A stretch of DNA of 64,000 nt from the human T2T-CHM13v2.0 reference genome, Homo sapiens, in assembly GCF_009914755.1 (NCBI RefSeq), contig NC_060947.1. One strand, written 5' to 3'. The notes under the pieces are model-generated. The model was given only the letters and a program-made list of their open reading frames with translations, ran no database searches and was not told the origin of the DNA. Positions within the stretch are counted from its first letter, which is position 1; every line of letters begins with the position of its first letter. Positions 44,331 to 58,675 of this stretch are shown piece by piece. The position numbers were made by a program, and so were the translations under genes.

Positions 44331-45235
44331 TCGCTACACCAGTTCTTGGTCATGCTGGTGCCCCTAAGGATCTGGGTCGGCATCTGGAGGGCTGTAAATT
44401 AGCCTGAAGGACCACTGGCCACCTGTGCCTCATCAGGCTTGTGTTGCAAGGACCATGTTTCCCCATAGGGGATTTTTGGTTGGCTTCTACTCTTCTGGGA
44501 TCATTGCATGAGAGCTAGATAATGACTAGATAGTGCCCCTGAGCCCCAGCACGAACAGTGGCTGCTCCTCATGTACTCTTTGCTCCTGGAACTCCTATCT
44601 AGTACTTTTCCAGGGAGAAATATATCCCACTGCAATCCTAAATTTAACTAAACTGCCTTTTACAAACAAGATGACAAATTCTCAAAAACAAGAGACTTGG
44701 AAATTTACCATCCTTGCACTAGTCCAGAAAACTCTTCTTGTATAAACAAGAAAAGCAGGGAAGTATATGCAAAAGAAGTTGCAATGCAAATCTTATCCAT
44801 GTAAATAAAGGGATGTTTAAGTAATTTTGATTAATGCTATTACAGAAGATAATATGCAGATTATAATTCCTGAAACAAAAGCTACATTATGTATGCATAA
44901 TTATAATTTGATTCTAGTGGACTAGAACCAAAATCCCAGTAAATAAATTCACATAGTAAAAGAAACAGGAAACACAAATTGGCCTTATCCCTTCTCCTTT
45001 GGGCATGGGGTTCAGGTACAAATTGTTGTTAGTGCAAATGATTTTGTTATGTTTAAAATTTGTTAATTTTAAAATTATATAATTGCCCTTATTATGGAGA
45101 AATGTAAGACCAAATTGAGTTGAATCATTATATGTAATAAAGTACAAGCAGATGGAAAATTTATTCTGCCTGATTATGATATATGTATATATATGATTCA
45201 TATACATAAATTATATACGTAGATGTAATATATAT

Positions 45236-45237
<2 letters not shown>

Positions 45238-45266
<29 letters not shown>
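45238..45266. repeat. (CA)n microsatellite
   Basis: About 14 uninterrupted CA units after a TA-rich stretch. Confidence 0.95.
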
Positions 45267-45269
<3 letters not shown>

Positions 45270-45585
45270 GCCAGAAGTTTCACCTGGCAGGGACTAGGAA
45301 AAATTTTTATGATTAGATGAATTAATGGCCTTTGTGAACAGTAATGTTAAGATATTTTCAGCTCTATGCTGGCTTATATTCCCCTATATTATTTCAAACT
45401 ATTATGAACTCTTAGTTATACACATTAAACTTGTTTTTATAAGACAAGGAAAGTCCAACCTTGCAGGCACCAGATCTCTGGTGAGTTTGGCTTTCCAAAC
45501 CCAAAGCAGAGCTGAGGACGGTAGAAATAGGAGATAAGAGAACATCTATTTGCAGAAAGGTATGACCCAGAAATTAGATGACAAA

Positions 45586-46935
45586 TTTCTTTTTTAAAAA
45601 AATTGTGGGTACATAGTAGGTGTATATATTTATGGGGTACATGAGATGTTTTGATACAGACATGCAATGCGTAGTAATCACATCATGGAAAATGGGGTAT
45701 CCATCCCCTGAAGCATTTATTCTTTGTGTTACAAACAATCCAATTACACCCTTTTAGTTATTTTTTAATGCACAATTAAATTACTATTGAATATAGCCCC
45801 TTTGTTCTGTTATAAAATACTAGGCCTTATTCTTTCTAACTACTTATTGTACTGATTAACCATCCTCACCTCCCCCCATACCCCCAATACCCTTCCCAGT
45901 CTCTGGTAACTATCTCTCTATTCTCTATCTTCATGAGTTCAGTTGTTTTGATTTTTAGATCCCATAAATAAGTGAGAACATGCTTATCCTTTTGTGCCTG
46001 GCTTATTTCACTTAGCATAATAACCTCCAGTCCCATCCATGTTGTTGCAAATGAGAGGATATCATTCTTTTTTGTGGTGGAATAGTACTCCATTGTGGAT
46101 ATGTACCACATTTTCCTTATCCATTCATCTGTTGATGGGCACTTAGGTTGCTTCCAGATTTTGGTTATTGTAAACAGTGCTGCAAAAAATATGGGAGTGC
46201 AGATATCTCTTCAATATACTGATTTCCTTTCTTTTAGTTATATACCCAGCAGTGCAATTGCTGCATCATATGGTAACTACATTCTTAGTTTTTTGAGTAA
46301 CCTCCAGATTGTTCTCCATAGTGGTTGTACTGATTTACATCCCCACCAACAGCATGTAAGGCTTCCCTTCCCTCCACATCCTCGCCAGCATTTGTTATTG
46401 CCTGTCTTTTGGATATAAGCCATTTTAATGGGGGTGAGATGATATCTCATTGTAATTTTGATATATATTTCTCTGATGATCAATGATATTGAGTACCTTT
46501 TCCTATGCCTGTTGGCCATCTTTTCGTATGCTTGTATGTATTCTTTTGAGAAATGTCTATTCAGATCCTTTGCCCATTTTAGAAATTAGATTATTAGATT
46601 TTTTTTCCTGTAGGGTTGTTTGAGCTCCTTATCTATTCTAGTTATTAATATATATTAATATTATTAATATTTCTACTAATTTCTTGTCAGATCGGTAGTT
46701 TGCAAATATTTTTCCCATTCTGTGGGTTGTCTCTTCACTTTGTTGATGGTTTCCTTTACTGTGCAGAAGTTTTTAACTTGATATCATCCCATTGGTCTAT
46801 TTTTGTTTTGATTGCCTGTGCTTGTGGGGTTTTACTCAAGAAATTTTTGCCCAGACCAATGTTCTGGAGAGGTTCCCTGATGTTTTCTTGTAGTAGTTTC
46901 ATAGTTTGAGGTCTTAGATTTAAATCTTTAATCCA
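45586..46935 (-). mobile_element. L1MA (L1MA1-3-like) 3' portion
   Basis: Antisense 3'UTR and ORF2 end ([43 protein letters not shown]). Confidence 0.92.
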
Positions 46936-47184
46936 CTGCCAAATTTCTTTTACCCCAAATATCAGAGAAAGTTAATTGAAGAGGGATCAGCAAAAACCAG
47001 AGTTATGCTATCACAAATTGCGAGGAAGAAATTAATAGTCAGGGTTTCATTTTAGAAATTAACTGAGGAAAATAAGTTTGAGTAAGATATTTTCATTTAT
47101 AAAGGTAGCAACGTCCAATGTCAAAGACAGTTTACTTTAGAAATCATTGGAAAGGAAAATAGGGTACACAGAGAAATATATGTT

Positions 47185-47995
47185 TGACAGCTTTTTTGAT
47201 ATGTGAACTTGACTAGGCTACTGTCCCCAGTTATTCAAACACTCATCCAGGTATTGCTGTGAAGGGATTTTGTAATGTAATTAAACTCTAATTAATTGAC
47301 TTTCAATCAGGTTGAGCCTGACCTAATCAGTTAGAAGGTCTAAAAGCAGGGCTGAGGCTTTCCTGTGACAGAGAAGATATTCTTCCTGTGTACAGTAGTG
47401 TCCACCTGTGCCATGGACAACTTTTGTCTTTTTCATAATTGTCTCTTCCTGACTGCCTGTGGGCACAGTTTTGACCCATGTCCATGGGTTCCAACATGTT
47501 TTTTTTTTTTTTAGACGGTATTTCGCTTTGTCGCCCAGGCTGGAGTGCAATGGTGTGATCTTGGTTCACTGCAACCTCTGCCTCCTGGGTTCAAGCAATT
47601 CTCTGCCTCAGCCTCCTGAATAGCTGGGATTACAGGCACCTGCCACCACGCCCGGCTAATGTTTTTGTATTATTAGTAGAGACGGGGTTTCACCGTGTTA
47701 GCCAGGTTCGTCTTGAACTCCTGACCTCGTGATCCACCTGCCTTGGCCTCCCAAAGTGCTGGGATTACAGGCGAGAGCCACCGCAACCGGCCCCAACATG
47801 TTTATGATAATTCCTTCCTGACTTCCTGCCTTACAGATATTGGACTTCCTTAGCTAGCCAACACAATCATTTTCTTTGTATAAGATCAATCTCTCTCTCT
47901 AATATATCTATGTCTATATCTCTTATGTATACTTATCTTACATATGCCTATCTTATACATACCTACCCTACTGGTTCTGCTTCTCTGGTTGATAC
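47185..47995 (+). mobile_element. MLT2 (ERVL) LTR interrupted by Alu
   Basis: tgtgaacttgactaggcta...gtattgctgtgaagggattttg...ctactggttctgcttctctg. Confidence 0.8.
47499..47792 (-). mobile_element. AluS
   Basis: Antisense dimer; TSD ccaacatgttt. Confidence 0.95.
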
Positions 47996-47999
47996 ATGA

Positions 48000-49560
<1,561 letters not shown>

Positions 49561-52458
49561 CTACACATGCTTATGTAGTTTGTATATATTATTCAATTTG
49601 TTTGGCAGAGAGGAGCAAGAATGTTATGTGATGACTTTAGACGTCTGGGTGAAATTTAGGTTGGAAGTGGGTACAGGTAGGACAAAACAGAACATAGGTA
49701 GTTTACTTCATTTCCATGCACTTTCAGTTACCACTGTTATCTTGAATCAATAGTACTGTCCACTTAGAGACAGTCAGAGTTTTAAAGTAAGTAGAGTATC
49801 TGAAAACTAATAGCAACAATGCTAACATGTAGTGGATACTCACTAAATGCCATCTCCCTTTCTTTTGTCCTTCTTAGTTGAGCTGGTTTTCCAGATGAAA
49901 CAATGAGAGTTGTCTATGATTTGGGCCAATGTATTTTGAAACAAAATCAGAGTTCTTAATGTATTACTACATAGAATAGTTCAGAACTATCATATTTACC
50001 AATACATGCATCCTCATGTGACTGAAGGACTAACACAATCTTTGGGGTCATGTTTAATCTTTATGTAACTCCAGGGTTCAAACTTTAGGTATTGGGCCAG
50101 TTAGGGCAAGTTCCCAAAGCCTTAACTTGGTAGATCTCTAAATCAGTTTCTTTTGCCATTTAATCTTCTCTTCGGTTGGCTGGCAAAACCTGATGGATCA
50201 AGAGCTTAAATGAAGATCACTAAATCCTCCCTTTTCTGTTCAGAATCCAGTGAGATTTCATTACATCCCACACACACAGGATTTCATCTCCAGGTTTCAA
50301 GGAAAGGAAATGATCCCTATCGTGTAGACAAGTTAGAGAATCCTTTCTTAGTTCATATACTCTCAGTTTAGCTTATGATAAATATCAGGTTAACGTGTCA
50401 TCAGAAGGCTGGGGATTATTTCAGGTATAAATAAAATGTTTTCTCCATTCTGCCGCTGTTTCCTGATAACCAAGATTTGGCTGGAGATTCAATTTCTTGA
50501 TCATAAAACACAGTTTCCACTGCCAAGGTGCTGTGATCAGATCATTACCATGGTAGTCAAGCCCTTTACTTTGTTACACTTAGCTGCCTAGTATCTTCAC
50601 GTAACCATCCCTGTTTTTCTTATGTATTTGTTTGCTGGTAGACTTTTTGTTAGCAGATATTTGGCATTTCAAGGTTGTCTGTGAACTTTTATTTTCATTA
50701 GTTTAATAAATGTCTCCCCCATGTCCGATCTAGCAAAATATCTTAAGGACGTAACTAATGAGTATGAAGTCCCCTTGGAGAAGAGAAAACAATAGATCAC
50801 AATTCAATTATGGCAGTTTAAATGGAAGGAATCCATAACTTACATCGTAACAGCCTCTAAAAGGAAAAAAGTGACCATGTTTTTATAATATATATATATA
50901 TAATAATGTTAAAACAGTTATTAATAGGGTATATCATGTAGCACACCTTAAATATATATAGGCGATGAAACATACTATCTTATATTTGTCCTAAGGCAGG
51001 AAATGATTATAGTTTGTTTTCTACTTTCTGAAAGTGTTTTGAGGGAGGTTACAATAAATACACGTACAAAAAAAATCATTCAAATAACTGAAAAAAAAAC
51101 ACACACATACAATAAGACAGACCGACAAATAAAAGAACTTTCAGATCAATGGGAATATTATATGAGAAAATGCAAGCTATAGCAACCAAGTTCTAAATTT
51201 CATGTGAAGCATTTTAGGATTTTTATTACCTAAAGGAAATGCACTAAGGCAAGAGGAGGGATTTTTTTCCTTGTTATAAGCACCAAGAGGAATTTGTCAT
51301 AGAATTATTTATATTTAAATGAAAAATGCTTTATTATTTAGAAGTGGGGAAATGGACATTGACAACATTGGATTATTTACATTCAATATTTATCTCCATT
51401 ATGCTAAAAAAAACCTCATTGTGCTACAGAATTTAGTTCTGGAATCTTGAAAAGATAAATAGTTTTAAAACAGGATTATTTATCTGAAATAATCCACGGC
51501 TCATGGTATGAAATTTTATATAATAATGTTTATTTTAATACAATATATGGCCAAAGTCCCTGAAAACATCTTTTTGTTCATAAGTATAACATAAGGTTGA
51601 TCTGATCAATGTAGCAAAATGATTGAAGAACACATTGAGGTGTACATCACCCTAAAATTTCCAAAGTAAGCCGAAAATTCCTAACCTTTTGAATGTTTCA
51701 GAGTTGCTTTATTGACAGTGGGGGAAGAGAATGTGTTTAGAGGGGAGTCGGAGTGCCAATGAGAAAGAAACCTAAAGGAGATCTTTTGAGACTGGTTTCT
51801 TAAATATTTCTTTATAAACTCAAAAGTGAGACAAAGCAATGTAGATGTGTAAAAAATGATGAAATCCCATCTACCCAAAAGGATCACCCGGGGCCACTAT
51901 TTTGGTTAATCTGTTGTTGTCTAGGCTCAGGTCTGCAGGTCTGGTAGCTCAGATAATTGATTTCAAGAGCACAACATGAACAGGTTTGTCACTCAAAATC
52001 AGATTTGTATTCATTAAGCTAAGAGATAACTGTGTGCAAAGTTATAATCAAAATTCGTAACATTAAAATAAAAATTATCAATTTGTTTTAATCTATAGAC
52101 TAGAGTTCATATGCAGTAGTGTGTGTAAGTTGATATGACCAATATATTTTCTTTCCTTAGGTAGATCTATAGTGAGAAGCTGAACCATAACTGAAACACT
52201 GCTAAGGAAGCATGGGATGATGAGAGAAGACACATTCATCTTAGGATGTATTCGTTAACCATAAGGTAGCTTAAACACTCATCCTCATAATAGTACCACA
52301 ATAATATTTATGATAAAGACTTACTGTTCCCTAGACAGTGCTTGGGTGAGTTCCACACACATTTCCTACTTCAACTCTTCTTCTTTATTTTCATTGGCAA
52401 TGAACCCCAACCTAAACCACTTCTAATATAACTTAATACCTTCAGTTAAGCCCCATAA

Positions 52459-52764
<306 letters not shown>

Positions 52765-53321
52765 ACACATATGAAATATAAATATACATATGAAAAAAAT
52801 ATATATGTATGAAAGCCCATCTACCCAAAGGGATCATATTCCAAAGATGACAGCTGAAGTTCTTGAAAACATCTTTTTGATTATAAGTATAGCATAAGGA
52901 TGATGTGATTTATTTATTAAATCTGATTATCTTATTTATTTATTAATAATAAATAAATATATGGAGCTTGACCTAAGGTATTAAGTTATATCAATATATT
53001 ATATGTATATAAAATATGTTTAATCAAAACCAAGAGTTATACTAATATTTAAAGTAGTTTTATATATCCCTGCTGTGATTCTTTCTGGGCTGAATTTAGG
53101 GTAACACTTATCTCCCTTATTTCTGAGGTTTTTCCCATAATATGCAGCTTAGCATCGCAATTAAAGTGTATCTTGAATATGATTGCATGTAAGGCTTCAT
53201 GACATGACTCATGTAGATTTGCTAACATACCTGGAGGTGAAGGGTTCTCTTCTCCCAATCTGCCCTGTTTTAAGAAAGTAGAATTGGGGCCTATATGTAA
53301 AGTAGGATTAGAATCGATATC

Positions 53322-54012
53322 CTTTTTTAAAAACTCTTATGTTAGATACAGGGGTACATGTGTAGGTTTGTTACATGAGCATATTGTGTGATGCTGAAAT
53401 TTGAGGTATGATTAAAGCCATCACGGAGGTAGTGAGCATAGTACCCAAAAGGTAGTTTTTCAACCCTTGTTCCTCTCCCTCCCTCCCTCATATTGTAGTC
53501 CCCAGTGTCTGTTGTTCCCATCTTTGTGTCAAGGTGTACCCAGTGTTTAGCTCCCGCTTGAAAGTGAGAACATGCGATATTTGGTTTTCTGTGCCTGCAT
53601 TAGTTCGCTTAGGATAATAGCCTCCAGTTGCATCCATGTTGCTGCAAAGGACATAATTTTCTTCTTTTTATGGGTGCATAGTGTTCCATGATGTATACCA
53701 TTTTTTAAATCCAATCCACCTTTGATGGGCACTTAGGTTGATTCCATGTTTTGTTATTGTGAATAATGCTGCATTGAACATACAGGTGCATGTGTCTTTT
53801 TGGTGGAATGATTTCTTTTCCTTTGGGTGTATACCCAGTAATGGAATTGCTATGTTGACTGGTAGTTCAATTTTTAGTTCTTTGAGAAATCTCCAAACTG
53901 CTTTCCACAGTGGCTGAACTAATTTACATTCCCACCAACAGTATATAAGTGTTCCCTTTTCTCTGCAGCCCTGCCAATGTCTGTTATTTTTTTTCCTTTT
54001 TAGTAATAGCCA
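53322..54012 (-). mobile_element. L1PA (older) 3' end
   Basis: ORF2 C-terminal remnants ([23 protein letters not shown]; IMSFAATWMQLEAIILSEL) and 3'UTR. Confidence 0.92.
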
Positions 54013-54789
54013 AGGAATCAATGTCTTTAATGTTCTAGCAACCCTGATTTAAAATGAGAATGCAAATGGATTTTTATTTTTATTAAAACCATGAATATAT
54101 CCTCCATTTTAAACCTGAATATATCTTTGAGTGTTAAAATTATGATTTTTTCTCCATAAATAAATGATAGAGGAAGAAAAATATAAGGGGTTATTGAGTT
54201 CATATCTTAAAAAATAATTGCAATGAAGTTCTGATAATATTACAGAGGTTATACTTTTTTGCCTGTAAAGACAATCATATTTTAGTTGGTACTCATGGAC
54301 ATGAATTGAAAGAATGAATTGAAATGGATATAATACTTTCATCTATTATTCAGCAAGGTATCAAATGAGGTGTTATGACTTACAGTGAGCAACTTCAACC
54401 TATCATTTTTGCCAATCTAAATATCTGATTAAATGTCAAGCAAGTGCAATGTGAATGTGCTTTCCAGAAATGCTCTAAATAAGTAGAAATGGCTGTTTCT
54501 GTAGCTTTTCTGATATAAGCTGTGCTCTTTTTTTTTTTTTTGAGACATTGAGTTACTAGAACTGAGATGAACACTGGGTACCTCAAAGTGAAAAATGACT
54601 GAATTTCAACTCAGCAGCTTACCTCATGATCTAGTTCCTCTTTCTACTCACCCTCTTTTCATTATGCTTTAGTTGTATTGACCATCTTTAGATTTCTTCC
54701 ACATTCCTTAAATGCTAAGACATGTTGCCTTTTTCAGCCTTCACATTCGTGTTTCCCAGACTGGATAGCTGCACTCACATCTTCGTATG

Positions 54790-55150
54790 ACTGCAGTCTC
54801 TGAAAGATTAATAGGGCTAGAAGATCTGCTTCTAATGTGGCTCGCTCAGATGGCTGCCAATTTGGTGCTGACTGTTAGCAGGGGAACTTATTTTCTCTCC
54901 ACAGAGCTGCTTGAATGTTCTCACAATATGGAAGCTGGCTTCTCCAAGAATGAGCTATCCAAGAGAAAGACAGCCAGACATATTTATACTTTATATAACC
55001 TAGCATTGGAAGTCACATAGTATCACTTCCACTACATGCTGTATTTTAGAAGTGATCACTGAAGAACTCTCCACATTAAGGAGGAGGGGAATTAGATTCC
55101 ACCTTTAGAAGGGAAGAGTGTCAAAGAATTTATATTTTAAAACCACCACA
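54790..55150 (-). mobile_element. MLT1 (J/K-like) LTR fragment
   Basis: ctgcttgaatgttctcacaatatggaagctggcttctcc...tagcattggaagtcacatagtatcacttccac...aaaaccaccaca. Confidence 0.75.
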
Positions 55151-56389
55151 TTAAGACTCCTGATTTTCTTGAATCTAAACAGTTACTCCTCACTAAACAG
55201 ATATTGTATTGCTCATAAAATTAGTACAATGACAATAGTAGTATCTAATATTTATTTGAATATTATCTTCTTTCCTTTCAACATGTGACTTTTTTATACT
55301 CCCTTGAAATTTCAAATTTAATTTTATTGTGTCTACTGCTTCAAGTCTTATCAAAGATGTTTTCCTCCAATTTTATAATGCAAATATATAGAAAACCATA
55401 ATTCACTCACAAATTGATCTACAGCAAAAAATGTGGGACACATAGATCTGTTATATCCTATATAATAGTATCTATAAAATGTATGTGAATTTTAGATCCT
55501 TTTAAAAATTGATTAGCAAATGATGGTAGACTGTATTATGTACAAAGATTTGTGTGCCTACATTTCATTTTAGGCAATTAATTAAAGTAGAAATTATTTT
55601 ATTCTAGGACCTACTTTAATTTCCAAAGAAGTGTATAAAACTGTAAAAAGAGAGAGAGATGCCATAGCATGTAAGAAGTGTGTATGTTCTTTCTGTATTT
55701 AAATAATGTAATATAATAAGGGTGATTCAAACTAAGGTTTTAAATGAATTGGTTGAATGTTACTGTACTTATTATAAATTCTTGATCTTTGAAATAACTA
55801 ATTTGATAAGTTTTTTTTACAAAAATAGAAGGTAAAACTTACTCATAACTGGCATTTTATACATCTTATGTTGAAGTCATAAACAGAAGAGAGTTTACCA
55901 GTGTCCCTAAATACACTATAGTTAATCAAGTCTTAAATCAAAATAGCAGAGTGCATTTTTCAAGCTCACAAATGTACAAAACTCTAGAAATTAAAGGCCT
56001 TATCATCATCCCATCATCCACTATACTTAAAATATGCGTACTATGGACTGATATCTTTCCTGGAGATATATTCAGTTATAGGCAAGAAAGGAATGTTTAA
56101 AATTACTAAAACTATTTCTGTGCTTCAGCTAGAAAAATTCAGTTATATCACCAGCTGGAATCTAAACACAATGCATAGCATAGCATTGAGTGGAATTAGT
56201 GTGTTAAAAATTGTCTTTTGATAATAGTTGTTAATTATAACCATCTTATTAACCAAATCTGGTAGTGTTGTTTTAATTTTTTCTTCTTGCTGTGATTTTC
56301 TTTCATAATTGTGCAAGGTGATTATTTTCAAATTGGATTATTTTTAATACACCAAGTAAATCTGCTTTGTCTCTCTCTGGGCAGCAGCA

Positions 56390-57005
56390 TGTTATTTTTG
56401 AAAAGACAGGTTTTAGAGTCAATTAGAACTATATTTGAATTCTAGGTCTGCCTTTCATTTGCTTGTGACCCTGGAAGTTACTGATCTTTTCTTGGTTTCA
56501 GTGCTCTCATATTTAAAACATGGGGTTAACACCCAATATGCAGTGCCAATTTAATAATTTAATTAGACAACATGTATGTTTGGCACATAACCGATGTTCA
56601 ATAAATGTAAGTTACTCACCCTTACCCAAAATGCTCTGTTATCTTGGTGCCATTTTTGTTAAATAAAAATGAGAATATTTTGCAAATCTTTTTAAGAAAA
56701 AAATTATATGTGGCTATAACCTGTGGTCTGATTCTGAGAAAATGGTGAAAAAAACAGAAATGAACCTCTGTTTTCTTCTGAATCTACTTTAGGAAATCCT
56801 CTTCCTTTTTTGCCATCACCTGGTATAATCTAGCACTCACTAGCTGTGGACTTGAATAAATTACTTAACCTTCTTATGCCTCAGTTTACTTATCTATAAA
56901 TTGGATATAATAATAGTGCCTGCATCATTAGATTGTTAGGAAAATCAGTTGCATTAGTTCAAATAAATGCTGTAAAATAATAAACAGTTAATTTATATTA
57001 GCTAC
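56390..57005 (+). mobile_element. Two MIR fragments (~56390-56615, ~56830-57005)
   Basis: MIR core motifs (ttacttaaccttcttatgcctcagtttacttatctataaattgg; tggcacata...ttcaataaatg). Confidence 0.7.
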
Positions 57006-58249
57006 CAATATTATTTGTAAAGTTTGTATAGTTGTTTCACCTAATGCTCAAGAACCACCTCCAACCCCCTACAACCTGACTTGAATCTAAATTTCAAATT
57101 TTCATATATTCCCATCACTACCAACATCCTATATAATTCTACTAAATTCCAGGCAGATGGTACACTATAATTTCAGGAGGTTCCCACAGCTCTTGAAGTC
57201 CATTCTTAGATCCCCTAACTTATTTACAAAAATTTCTAACTCGAGTGTTATGCAAAGGAATATATAATATTTTAAGTGCAGAAGTATAACACAGCTCCAA
57301 ATACATAGCCTAACATTTGATGTTTCTATAAAATGATTTATATTTATTTAGACATCTTTAATATGTGCTTATTTCTACATCTCCCAAGCCTAGTCTCTTA
57401 AACTTCCATGGATTCCTTTTTCTGGCTTTTTCTTCCAAGTTCATAGCATATATTTTACTACAAAGGCATTCTAATGTATATGTCCTCATTTTGCTGTTTA
57501 TAGCTCAGATGAAAATTTTCATTATGTCAAACATGGCCATTATTCCACTAGCTTTTTAAAAAAGCACTCATTTTCCTCCCTTCAAAGACATGCAAAACAG
57601 AAATCTTTCATAATTCTATTTACATAATGGGGTCCAATTGTGTGAGTCAGCATTAACAAGACGCATTTTTCAGTGAACCATTATTTCCTTCTTTAACTAA
57701 AGGTAGCAAGTCCTTTTTTTATTGATAGATCCAAATTTCATCTTCCTGGTTATTGATTAAGAATAAATCATCGGACACTTGTCACAATTCGAACAGACAA
57801 AGAACGTAAATAATGGGTCTGCAAAATAAACTCTGACGAGAAAGGAAGGAGAGTGGAAATAGCATCAGAGCAATAGATCTCTTAATTTTAAAATATCGGT
57901 TTACTTCAGAACTGTACATACTGTCTGGGATGATGAGTAAGCAAGAACATCAATAAATGGGAAAGTCAAGCCCTAATAATTTGTTTTATAAAATTTTTAA
58001 AAAATATATAATGTTAGTCTTCAATTTTATAAATTATGGTCTGGGAAATGCTTAAAACAGCATTTTTCATCTAGCAGTAGTAGAATCCCAAAAATGTACC
58101 ATTTATATACATTTTGCCCTTTCTTCATTGCTATAGAAATGGAAAGGGAACTAGAACTTGATCTTTTCCTGAAAAATTAAGTGGATAGGTTCTGGTGAGG
58201 TGGAAAAATTATTCAAGTGCTTGTTTTCAGTTTTAGTTTTCTATGATTA

Positions 58250-58675
58250 AAAGATACACAAATGGCTAATAGGTATGTGAAAAGGTGCTCAACATCATTA
58301 AATATCAGAAAAATGCTAATGAAAACCGCAATGAGATATCACTTTACACCCATTAAGATGGCTATTATCAGAATGGCAAGAGAAAACAAATGTTGGCGCG
58401 GGTGTGGAGGAAAAGGAACTGCTGTTGGGAATGTAAATTGGTACAGCCATTATGGAAAACAGTATAGAAGTCCCTCATAAAATTAAAAATAGAAATATCT
58501 TTTATTCATACCCTTGACAACACTTACTATCCCTTGTGTTTTTGATAATTGCCACCTAACAAGTGTGAGGTGATATCTTATTGTAGTTTTGATTTGTGTT
58601 ACCTTGATAATCAGTGATGTCGTGCACCTTTTCCCATACTTATTGGCCATTTCTATGTCTTCTTCTTTTATTATT
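58250..58675. mobile_element. Two L1 ORF2-end fragments in inverted orientation
   Basis: + strand MANRYVKRCSTSLNIRK... and - strand MANKYGKRCTTSLIIK... encode the same L1 segment. Confidence 0.85.

Noticed and set aside
51856-51915. Possible C/D box snoRNA (ATGATGA at 51856)
   Set aside because: No properly placed CTGA D box or terminal stem.
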